DNA of 56,464 bases from Caecitellus pseudoparvulus (lineage: Eukaryota; Protista; Bigyra: Bicosoecida). The stretch is from contig CBFFRQ010000085.1 of NCBI GenBank assembly GCA_965644315.1, positions 1-56,464 of the forward strand, in the 5' to 3' direction. This document shows positions 12,986-23,900 of this stretch, piece after piece. Every line of letters starts with the position of its first letter. Position 1 is the first letter of the stretch. The notes below the pieces were generated by a model. The model saw only the letters and a list, made by a program, of their open reading frames with translations. It was not told where the DNA came from and did not search any database. The position numbers and the translations under genes are program-made.

Positions 12986-14400
12986 TCAATTGTAAACCAT
13001 GTACTTGGGCGTGGCACTGAACTTCTTGTAGGCCTTGATGACCTTGTTAATGGCATCCAAGAAGTCCCGCTCGGAGACGCTCTTGCGCCTTGAGCGAATC
13101 GCGAACATGCCTGCTTCTGTGCAAACAGAGCGCAGCTCGGCGCCTGTCGTGGAAGGGCACAAGCGAGCGAGGAGCTCATATCGGATGTCCTTGTCGACGT
13201 TCATGGACTTGGCGTGGATGCGGAAAATGTGTGCCCGGCCCTCGAGGTCTGGCAATCCAAACTCAATCTTCCGATCAAGGCGCCCAGGTCGCATCAATGC
13301 TGGGTCCAGGGTGTCCGGCCTGTTGGTTGCCATGAGAACCTTGATGTTCCCGCGGCTCTCAAAGCCGTCCAGCTGGTTCACGATTTCCAGCATCGTGCGC
13401 TGCACCTCTGAGTCACCGCCAGAGTCGCCACCAAAGCGAGTGCCGCCGATGGCATCCACTTCGTCAAAGAAAATAATGGCTGCTTTCTTCGTGCGGGCCA
13501 GCTGGAAGAGCTCCCGCACCATGCGGGCGCCCTCCCCCACGTACTTCTGCACAAGCTCACTGCCGATGACACGGATGAAGGTGGCGTCCGCCCTGTTTGC
13601 CACAGCTCTGGCAGACAGTGTCTTTCCCGTGCCTGGAGGACCATACAAGAGGACACCTTTGGGCGGATCGATTCCGAGCGTTGTGAAGCGCTCTGGGTGG
13701 AGCAGGGGAGTCTCCACCACCTCCCGCAGCTTTTCAAGCGCATCCTTCGCGCCACCCACGTCGTCGTAAGTCACGTCTGGCTTCTCCTCGACGGTCATCA
13801 TGGTCACTGTTGGGTCAATTCGCGGTGGAAGTGGGAGCTGGATGGAGTACTTCGCTCGTTCGACTCCCACTCGCATGCTCTCCTCAATGTCTGTCGGAGC
13901 AACGCGCTCACCGAGGCCCACGACATACTTGGCAATTTGATGCAGGTTGATCATGTACTGGGGATCGTCGGTGTCTGCGTGCAGGATCTTCGTGCAGCGT
14001 GCGACCAGCAGCGGGCTCTCTTCCTGCATCATGCGCTTGTCTTCCACGAGGTCCCAGCGAGACGGCGGCGCGAGGCCAGTGTCCGACTCGGTCACACCTG
14101 CACGCACAGAGGCTGCTGTAAAGCTCTGCTCAAAAAGCCTGCTGCGTAGGTCACTCACCGATGAGCTCCTTCACTTTCTTCATGTGAGACACGATGTCGC
14201 TCTCAAGCTGCTTGATGTTCTTGGTATATGGCCCCAGGCCCTGCGAAGGGTGTGAAGCCCCTGCGTGGTGAGCCAAGGCCTGCCACGCAGCCGTGCTCTC
14301 GCGGACGGCGCACATAGCTCTTGAGCAACGCAATGTCGCCCTCATCCAACGCAGCTCGCTCCTTGACCGCTGGCTCCCCTTTCGTAGCTTCCTTCGGCAT
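12986..14400 (-). CDS. PSMC2: 26S proteasome regulatory AAA-ATPase subunit 7 (Rpt1), ~426 aa
   Basis: Exons 14400-14314, 14240-14159 and 14097-12986: [12 protein letters not shown]|GLGPY..IG|[16 protein letters not shown], Walker A GPPGTGKT, Walker [10 protein letters not shown]-terminal [10 protein letters not shown]. Confidence 0.97.
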
Positions 14401-14733
14401 CGTGGCGCGATGGGAGGGCAGGCCTGTCAGTCAGTTTGCGTTTCACAAACGCCGCAATGGCGTGGTGCGAAACGCGGTGATTGTCGACTGCAGCGACGGC
14501 AAAAAAAGAGGCTCTAGTGTGCCTCCACAGTCCGAGTGTGCGAAACAAAGCAGTCCACGCGCTGGAAGGGAGGGGGTGTATTTTGAGTGGTTGACCATTT
14601 GGCTGCCTGCCATGTGTCACAGCAGCGTCGGCCGTCTGGCGCACCGGCCACAACTCGAACCGTAGAGCACCGAGTCTCACCACTGATCCAAACCCGTAGC
14701 GTTGTGCTGAGGCCTGGTCACCAGTTGCACACC

Positions 14734-16551
14734 ATGCTTTGCATGACCTGGATTGCCCTCGCGGGGCTTGCGTGCCTCGTGTCTGCGGAAGGAGAGCCCG
14801 CCAACGGCAAGGCGGTCTCAGCGGAACCCACTGGGCCAGATGCATCCCTCGCGAAGGCTGCAACCTCGGATGACTTTCGTGGGAGGTATGTTTTCCTGTC
14901 GACATTCCAAGAAGCTGGTTCCTTGGCGGACTCAGGAGTGAGTTGGCTGCACAGGGCCGATTTCCGCAAGTGGCATGGAACCTGCTTGCTTCCTGCCGCG
15001 CACAGTGGATCCCAAGCTCAAATGCCGCATTCGAAGGCCAAGAACTGACATTGGCTTCTGTTTCTGATAACCCTGGAATGAGCGATGAGCGTGTGCGTGT
15101 ACTTGAGCTACCAGAAGTCGCGGCGCTGCCGAACCCCTCCAGAGCCACGCGTGCAGAGCCTGGAGTTCTCCAAGGCAGCGAAGCGGTACGGTGTTTCTGC
15201 GCCTCTTGAGTCAGAATTTGTGCTGGGGGAAGAGGCGTTCCACTTTCAGTACGAAGTGCGGCTGACCCAGGGCCTGTCCTGTGGTGGGGCGTACGTGAAG
15301 CTGGTGGCGGCTGGCAACGAAGGCAGCTTTGCAGCAGAGGACCTGACGCCTACCACGCCATATTCAATCATGTTTGGCCCTGACGTGTGCGGTGCCACGA
15401 ACAAGGTGCACTTGATCTTGCAGGTCCGGAACCCCATCTCCGGAGACCTCGTGGAGCACCATTTGGTGGATGCACCTCTGGCGAAGGCCTCGGACAAACT
15501 GTCACACCTGTATGGGCTCACCCTGAGGCCCGATGGCTCCTTCTCCATCGCTATTGATGGTAAGGCAGTGAAGTCGGGGAGTGTCCAGGATTCTGACGCC
15601 TTCAAGCCCCCGCTGCAGTGCCCCCAAGAGGTCCCAGACCCAAGTGACAAGAAGCCTGCAGACTGGGTGGAGCAAGCCAAGATTCCGGACGCCTCTGCAG
15701 TGAAACCAGATGACTGGGACGAAGAACAACCCCGCACTGTGCCTGATGAGTCCGCTACGAAGCCGGATGGTTGGCTGGACGACGCACCTTCCACCATCCC
15801 TGACCCTGACGCTGAAAAGCCAGAGGACTGGGATGATGAGGAAGATGGCGAGTGGGAGGCCCCCACCATTGATAACCCTGCCTGCGAAGATGCCCCTGGG
15901 TGTGGTGAGTGGGTGCGGCCCCATAAACCCAACCCTGCCTATCGAGGCAAGTGGTCCCCGCCGCTTGTTGACAACCCCGCGTACAAGGGCGAGTGGAGCC
16001 CGCGCCTTGTGCCCAACCCTGCATTTTTCGAGAGCCAGGGAGTGAAAGACCTAGCCCCCATCACTGCCGTTGCAGTGGAAGTGTGGACGATGTCCGCAGG
16101 CATCATGTTCGACAACTTCCTCATCACTTCGGATGAAGAAGCAGCCCATCAGTGGACCACAGGCACGTTTATGGTCAAGTCCGCTGCCCAGCAGGCCCAA
16201 GTCGAAGCACACAAGTCCCAGGCAGCTGCGGCAGCTCGGGCCGCAGCATGGGAAGAGGGGGGCGTGCTGCCTTGGCTTCAGCTCGTGCTGGTGGAGGCTG
16301 CGCAGTGGGGCATGCAAAACCCTGCCCTTCTCACCATCACAGCCCTTGCACTGGTTGGCGGAGGCGTGTTCATGTGTTTCACTGGCAGCCCAGTCTCTGA
16401 CGATGCAGACATTGACAAGGCTTTCACCAAAATGGACGCTGACGTCGCTGATAGTGAAGATGAGGGTGAAGACTTGCCAGGGGCTCAGGGTGAAGCTGGC
16501 GAGGAAGCTGCACCAGCTGAATCGCCTCTTGGTGCTCAGGAATCCGATTGA
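14734..16551 (+). CDS. CANX: Calnexin (ER lectin chaperone), ~561 aa
   Basis: Exons 14734-14937, 15006-15092 and 15157-16551: signal peptide, CGGAYVKL, IMFGPDVCG, P-domain repeats KPADW/KPDDWDE/KPEDWD/GEWEAP, a TM helix near the C-terminus and an acidic tail. Confidence 0.93.
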
Positions 16552-18111
16552 CGTGCTTCCGTCGCGGGAAAGGGTGACTTGTACACTGTGACCCCGCTGA
16601 TGACGATGGGGCGTTTGGGGGTGTCGGCCGAGCTGACGGGAGCAGCTTCGATGCTTTCCAATGCAGCCAGCCCGCCCACCACCTCACCGAAAACGGTGTG
16701 CTTGCCATCCAAGTGAGGTGCTGATGCAAAAGTGATGAAGAATTGCGATCCGTTCGTTCCTGGCCCTGAGTTGGCCATAGACACGATGCCTCTGCCATGG
16801 TGCCTCAAGCGTGGGTGAATCTCATCTTGAAAGGTCCCCCCCCAAGCGCTCTCCCCACCAGTCCCTGTACCAGTTGGGTCACCCCCTTGCACCATGAAGC
16901 CGGGGATGAGGCGGTGGAAAACCGTGCCATCGTAGTAGCCTCGCTGTGCAAGCGTGAGGAAGTTGTCGCATGTGGCGGGAGCCTTCGAGCAGTGCAACTG
17001 CAGGTTTAAGTCCCCGTGCCCCTTAACATGAACTGACACAAACGCTGAAGAACCCGCTTTCGAAACAGCCTTCCACCGCTGTGCGAGGAGCTCGTCGGCT
17101 GACAGTGCTGTCACGGCCTGCTGCGTCACGGGCCCCCGTGAAGACGAAGTGAACGATGCCGCCATGTCACCTGTGCTGGCATGCCCCCCCGCAGTCGACG
17201 TCATGCCCAGAGCCTTGAGCAGCTTCTGGCGGTCCTTCTGGGTCTCTGAGGCAGTTGCTTGGACCATGTCCCGTGCTCGCTTGGCAGACTGCGCAATGGC
17301 TGGAGCAGCGGCAGCTACGGCCTCCAGCGTGTCCTTGATGGCACCCCGAGGAGCTAAGCCGCTCGCCCCAACTCGCTGTCCCATGAAATGAGGCGAAGCC
17401 TCCTCTGATCCCTGCCGGGGGGGCTGTGCCGAGCCTTTAAGGTACTTGAATGACCCCACTTGCCGTAGAGCTGCACAGTCAGGGTCTGCAGGATTCTGCA
17501 ACGTGATGATGTCCGCTTCAGGATCGAAAGGCGTGCCGTCTGTGAGGTCCGTGTACGTCCTCGGCTTGAGGTTCAGAGCTTTGACTGCTTCATACGAGTA
17601 CACCCGCCCAGTCGTGCGGATGGCAACAACGTGGCTTGTGGAGGAGAAGGCTTTCCCGAGCACAGGGCACTGCCACTTTCCCTCCGCGTTCTTCGACATG
17701 GTCAGCCTAGTGAGCTGCTTCCCTGACAGGGCTTTGCCAGTGACAGGATCTGCATGGTGCTTGCGAATGAACGGGACGACGTTGAGCAGGTCGTACACAA
17801 CGCCATCCGGTGTGCACACTGGCGTCTGCGCAAGAAACAGTCTGCGTTTGAACAAAGCGGATGCAAGTTGCCCGTCGTGGTAGCGAGGGCGCACCTCAAA
17901 TGGAGCCATAGACAGGGCACAACACTCGAACGGCAGGGCTGTGGTGTCAGCGCGGGTAGGGGTGATATTGGGGCAGGGCTTGCTGGGGGGCACAATTTCC
18001 GCACGCACGCCTGGTGTCTGCAGCCCTGCGTCGCTTCTTCCCACCATACTGCGTCTTCCACTCTTGCTGGGTGATGTACAATCTATCTTTTGAATGCTGA
18101 TTCTTCCCCAT
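16536..18111 (-). CDS. PPIL2: U-box cyclophilin PPIL2/Cyp60 (E3 ligase + PPIase domain)
   Basis: Exons 18111-18009, 17938-17895 and 17825-16536: MGKNQHSKDRLYITQQEW..YGGKK..PLPFECCALSMAPFE|TPVCTPDG, GKWQCPV, and the cyclophilin motifs FHRLIPGFMVQGGDPTGTG, SMANSGPGTNGSQFFIT, HLDGKHTVFG. Confidence 0.94.
17993..18003 (-). promoter_or_regulatory. Recurrent motif WGCGGAAATTG, copy 2 (PPIL2 intron 1, next to the donor)
   Basis: The intron starts GTGCGTGCGGAAATTG. Confidence 0.5.
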
Positions 18112-18531
18112 CTCGTCAGACTCTGATGCTCAGCAGCAACGAGCAAGACGATTGCCGGGGCACGCAGCAAAAGCCGCAGGGTCGCTACCAACTTCAGGTG
18201 CTCCTCAAGAGCATATGCGGAACCCAAGGCTCGTTCCAATGATTTTTGGTGGAAGGGTGGAGTACTTTGCGTTGTAGGATATCGAAATGAGGCGTTTTAG
18301 TGAGGGAAATTTTGAGCAATTAGAAAAAAATGTTCGTGCCACGAGAACCTTGCGCCGATCCCGACCGCCCTGTGGCTCTTCGCTAGTCTGTGCAAGCAAA
18401 AAGCAGAGAGTGTGCTGGAGTCGTTCAGCAGCGGACTCTCCTACCCAGGCTCCGAAGATCTCTACCTGGGCGCACAACCAACTTCAAAGCATAATGTCCA
18501 TGAACACTGAAGTGCATTGTGTGCATGCTTC

Positions 18532-20453
18532 TCACCCCCGTGGCACGACACTTGCGCGGTACACGCCCAAAACACCCATCTCCTCCTCTAGCACCTCCAC
18601 CAGCGCACGCATGGGAGACGTCTCAGTGAGCTGATGTGCTCGAGCCAGACCGGGGGGGATCACTGCTTCTGTTTGGCGGCCCGTCTTGAACACGACTTTG
18701 CACAAAATGGAGCCGTCCCCTCCGAACTGGTCGGCACCTTCCAGGCGCCAGGCATTGCGCACCATTTGCTCAAAGTACTCGTCAGTGTCCACACTCGCCG
18801 AGACGTCTCGGTAGTACCGCTGAAACTCTTCGAGCGACACGACGCCGTCCTGGTCAATGGTGTCCCACTGGGACAAGAAGTCCGACAGGACCTCCTCCTG
18901 CGTCATCTTGCCTTGCAAGACCTCTTGGTGGTGCGACGCATCATACAGCTTCTCCAAATCTGCAAGGGTCACCTTGCCGTCGCCAGTGACATCAAGCTTT
19001 TCGAAGGCTTCTTGGACGACAGCGAGACGAGCCGGTGACATGTCCCCCCGCAGGGCCACCAAAAACTCGTCGAAGGAAATGACGCCGTCCCCGTTGGTGT
19101 CGAAGGCATCCAGCAGCATCGTGAACTCCTGGTCTGAAATGCGCACCCCGTAGTCGTACAAGCCCCACTTGAAGTCCTCCCTGTCCAGGCCACCATCCCC
19201 GCCGTCGTCGATGATGCGGAACATCCTGCCCAGGCCACGAATGCCGTGCACTCCGTTGCGCTCCAGCAGGACAGCCTTCACCTTGTCCATGATCATGGCA
19301 GGCGTGAGCTCCACAAAGTGCCGGTCATCAACCGCCGCCTCGGGGGTGCTCGCCGTGACAACAACCCACCGGTTCTGCGACTGAGCCGGGCGGCCCTTCG
19401 CACTGGAAGTGATGGTGTTGGGCACGTACTTAAAGGCGTGGGCCACCAGCTCGTTGCCAAAGTCAGTGGGCATTTGCAGGTCCAGCGAGGCGGCCAGCGG
19501 CCGATTCGTGGCGCGGTGCATGACTTGGACAGCGGAGCCGACAGGGACTGGCGTCCCTTCCACCGCCAGCAAGTCTCCGTCGGCAGGCACGATGCTCCAC
19601 AGGGAGGCACTGTCTGGGACGAGGGACATGCACACCTCGTTGCGGTTGCCCGAGCCTGAGCCGGTGATGTTGTCCGGCCGCTCAGACACGAGGTAGTACG
19701 GCGGCGCCACCACAGACGTCGTCGGGTCAGCCCGCAGGGAGGGGTTGGATGCAAGGGAAAACACGTCCCCGAAGCAGACGATGTCCCCAGCCGCCTTTTC
19801 TGCCCCTGGAGGAGGGGCAGCGAAGCGGCTGCCTCCTCCTCCACCTGCAGCTGCCCCTGCGGGGGTTGCGGTGTCCCCCATCGCTGCACGGACGACTGCT
19901 CGAGCAGCCTTTGGTGTGACCACGAAGACGTTTCTGGCCACGGGCTCTGACGCTGAGATACAAGTGGCGGCGGTCGTGCCCTTGGTGTGGTCAACCGTTT
20001 GCCACAAGTTGCAGGCCAGGAAGTGAGTGTGCACCTCCGAATGGAAGTCCTCTTCTTCAGTCTTAAGCTGAATGCTATCGCCGTAGCGCAAGAATCCATC
20101 GGGGGCATACGAGTGAGGCACCTGCGAAGCCAGCGCCACAAAGGTGCACGATCTTGCATCGAGCACGCATGCTTGCCCTGCTGTGAAGCCCCACAGGCAG
20201 ACGACCATCACAGAGAGCAGTGGGACGGCGGCAGTAGAAGTGCAGCAGAGGAGCAGGTACTTACCGTCTGCATCATGATGCTGCCCTGCCTTTGCTGCCG
20301 CAAGGAGAGGAGTTGCCCCCTGCTCCGCTTCAGCTCATAGTCCTTGGCTGCGAGCTCTGCTTGGGTATGGTCTTCAGAGTAGTTGCCGAGGAGAGCATGT
20401 GAATACCTTGGACCCCCCGTGAGCTGCTGCTTGGTGAAGCCAGTCCCTGCCAT
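18532..20453 (-). CDS. CFAP161: CFAP161-like axonemal microtubule inner protein fused to a calcyphosin-like EF-hand domain, ~592 aa
   Basis: Exons 20453-20265 and 20121-18532. The N-terminal part (LGNYSED, KDYELKRSRGQL, DGFLRYGD, PVARNVFVV, EGTPVPVG, HRATNRPL, TDFGNELVAH, NRWVVVT) parallels CFAP161/C15orf26. The C-terminal part (GIRGLGRMFRIIDDGGDG, FDTNGDGVISFDEFL, AFEKLDVTGDG, FQRYYRDVSASVDTDEYFEQMVRNAW) is calcyphosin-like. Confidence 0.8.
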
Positions 20454-20502
20454 GTCCGACTGCCTCGCGTGTGAGTCGTCGGGTTGTTGCTTGCAACAGC
20501 TT

Positions 20503-20513
20503 CAATTTCCGCA
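20503..20513 (-). promoter_or_regulatory. Recurrent motif WGCGGAAATTG, copy 3 (~50 nt upstream of the CFAP161 ATG)
   Basis: caatttccgca on the + strand. Confidence 0.55.
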
Positions 20514-20955
20514 GCCGCCTGAGCTGCAGTGCATGCGTGAGGGTTAGCAAGTCTGGGTTTGGTGGGGAGGGAATGGCCTGAAGCGGCGGGTGAATCTACG
20601 GAAAGTATTTTGAGCTGTACAGGGTCGCTGCTCGGTGGCTGGAGGACCCGGCTGCGCCGCGTGCCAGACTGCGCAAGCGGAAGTCATGGCTGCCTGCACC
20701 ACTTTCGCTGCCCGCACAATTCGACCAGGCGCTCGAACATCAACTCCGAGAAGGCCCCACACCACCCAGTTCCTGTGCAGGCTGGCGTTTTCTTGGTGTG
20801 TTCGGGCCCGTGTATCTTGTGGGCTGACCTGGTGCTTGTGTTGGAGTGTGTGGGTGCGGGAAACGCACGAAACGCGAGCAGGGCAAGGCACCGCCCCACT
20901 GGAAGCTGGGCGCTGCAGCGTTCTTGAGGAAGAGGACATCAACCGATGTGCAAGT

Positions 20956-23900
20956 ATGCGATTGAGTGTTTGGAGCGCTACTTGCTTGCTACTTCCAGCG
21001 CTGTGTGGGCTGTGTGGTGCCCTCGAACGACAAGGTAAGCGGCGACAGCTTTGCTGAAACGCGGCCGAGACGCAAGCCGGAGCCAAGCGACCACCTTCAC
21101 AGAAGCTCAGTGGGTAGACGCCGGGAAAATTACGTTCTCGGACGTCTCCAGTACAAGAGCACGCCTGCAATTCCATGTGAATGGCGGCAGCAGGTGCGCC
21201 ACGCCTTGCTCCCGCGCAGTGCTGTGACGCCGCACACACAGGCAGACTTTGGCGCACCCCTTCTTGCAGTACTGTGAGGGACTTTTCTCTTGAACTGCGG
21301 CTGTCTAGTGAACGGCAGTGGAAGCAAGCCACTTTGCTTCCAGAAACGGGATCTACCCTGAGCGCAGTTGAAGTGCAGGTGGTCCGTACTAGAGCCCCGG
21401 TCGGAGGAGCGATCAGGGCAGGGACATTTCGATTGCAGAGCTTGCAAGCCCCGTCTGAAAACAGAGGTCGCGAGCCCGGTCGCGTGTCCCAGCCGCTTTA
21501 CTGGAATGCTACTGCGTCAGAGATGCGGCGAGCGGTTGAAGGTTTGCTCGGTGGAGCCTCCGCGCACGTCTCGCGCACACAGGGGGACGCCCCGGGGGAG
21601 TATGAGTGGAAGGTAATCTTCCCCCCACTTTCAGCCATCCCACATGCGCCTCTTTTAGGGCTAGGCAGAGTCCCTGAGCTGATGCCTGTAGACGTGGCTG
21701 GCTTCCCTGCAGGCTCCAAGCCCCACGCCGTGTCCGTCCTGACGGTCAGGGACTCGACCACTACGAATCCCGCCTGCCACCAATCCTGTTCAGCAATCGT
21801 AACTGGGTTAAAGGCCAGCTCCCTGTACTTTGCGAGGGTGATATTTCGCCTGGGCAGCGGCTCAGCAAGTCATCAGGTGTACGCTGCAGAGCCTCTGCGA
21901 ACCCTGGCCGTTGGGTCACCAGGACGCCCTGCTGCCCCGCAAGTGATGCACCGTTCAATGGCGAGCACACGAATAAAAGTCTCTCTTCCAGATCCTTTGA
22001 TTGTAAAACAGGGTGTGTCTGGGGTGGTGGTGGAGGTGTGTGAGGCAGGTGCTGCAGGGGTCTGCGAGCTGCACAGGCAAGAATTGGATGCGACGGGGGA
22101 GGCTGACCAAGCGAAGCGTGCGGGACAAGTGCTGAGCCTCCCTGGGCTCCCTATGAGCACCTCAATCTCGGTAAGGCAGCGCTGGTTCTCGGGCAGCAGT
22201 GTTTCACCGTGGTCGCCTTGGACGCAGTCGCTGCCAACTCCCTCCAGCCACCACCCGCCAGCCATACGGGGGCCTGTCACTGTTTGGCTTGACCCGCCCG
22301 GAACAGGACCAAGTCTTGTTCAACTGCATGTGCAGATGGCTGGAGAAATCGACGTTTCACGTGCCGCGATTCGGGTGCAGGCCAGATACTCAGCTCCTGA
22401 GAGCCCCTTGGGTCCGTGGGAAGACCTGAAGGTCCTCCGCACTGCGCCTGGATTGCCACGAGCCCCACTGGGGCCGACACACCAGACTATGACAGTGAAT
22501 GCTACTGCTTCGTGGCTGTCATCTCCGTTTGTTGCGGCGTTCCGGGTGGGCTTTGACGATCGAATCGGGGGCGTTGACTGGTCCGAACCTGCGACGTCAA
22601 TCTCCACTGAAGTTGGTGGCGGCGGTTCGACAATGGTGCGAGAAGGTGCCCTATTTCCCTCGGAGGGGCCCCCATTCTCGGCACAAGACCTTTCTGGGGA
22701 GCAAATTGCTCATACCTCCGCAACTCATGGTGGCTGGGCGGGTGCCCTGGGAAGCCCGGCTCCTGGCGTGATTGACTCGCAGCTCTCGAAAACAGTGGGC
22801 CTAGGAGGGGAGCATGGGCAGCGAGGGCATGATGGGGCAGTCGTTGTGCAGTGGAAATCAAGTCGAGTTGCCACTATTGTCCAGCGTGTGCTGTCGATTG
22901 CAGACCCACCGCCTTCATCCCAACGCCGTTCTTCACTCGACGTGCCCGCCTCAGTGTCAGACGACGTTCAGGATGGGAGTGCAGCTGTGACGCACGTAAC
23001 AATCCACGCCTGGGGTGCAGGTGGAGGAAGCTCTCTGGCGTTTGGGCACGGGGGGGCAGGTGGCTACGTGAACGGTACATTCACGGTCAGTCATGGTCAA
23101 GTACTGCACGCTGTCATCGGCAGGGGTGGCTCTGCAGGGTCTCCAATGCGCTCCGGCAGCAGCAGCAGCAGCAGCAGCAGTAGGGGTGATGAGAAGCTGT
23201 ATGGTTCCGGTCAAGGCTTCGCAGGAGCCGGGTGGGGCGGCGAAGCCACTTGGGTTTGGCTCTCTCAGGCAGGACAAGGCCCGACACTGCTGCTCATTGC
23301 AGGAGGGGGTGGAGGAGGCGGAATGGCCAGCGCCTGTTGTGCGAATGGCGGAAACGCAGGAAGTAGGCTGCGCAGCGCGGGAGAGGATGGCATGTCACCC
23401 CATGGCCATGCATACTCGCAGCCGGCGCACTTAATTGGTGCGTCAAACCTGAACACGACGCCGGCTACTTCCTCTACTCTTCATTCGTGGATATCTACAA
23501 CTCCTGCATCCACGCCAGGATCAGGTGGGTCTGGACAAGGAGGCAGTGCAGGCCGGACAGGCACACAAGATGGTGCTGCTCAGGGGACTTGGCGGGCAGC
23601 GACCGCCGGGGGGTGGGGGCAAGGAGGGCATGGGGGTGCAGGCCGAGTAGGTGGTGGCGGCGGCGGAGCAGGCCTTGTAGGTGGTGGCGGAGGAGGGGGT
23701 GGCCTGCAGGGAAGCGGTGGCGGCGGTGGGTCTTCATTTGTTGCAGTGAACAGGGACAGGGCTGAGCTGGCAGGAAGCGCCCCCCGCCTGTCCGTGCATG
23801 CAGTGGCGAATTCGCCAAGCAGTGCACTGGTCTCATGGAGCCATGGGCCTGGAGCAGGAGACGGTGCAACTCAGCTTCATCAGTTCGTCGTGGAGGGAGC

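Noticed and set aside
13327-13340. X-box-like GTTGCCATGAGAAC
   Set aside because: It lies inside the conserved RPT1 coding sequence (VLMATN) and is explained by codons.
18112-18239. ORF-track N-terminus of the 567-aa cyclophilin ORF, and similarly the track N-termini for RPT1, DCAF13, calnexin, KAP3 and USP
   Set aside because: These are read-through into introns or UTRs; the spliced models restore the conserved N-termini.
20544-20955. ORFs 20544-21332(-) and 20559-20927(+)
   Set aside because: No homology cues; the region fits a divergent promoter/UTR between CFAP161 and the FN3/Kelch gene.
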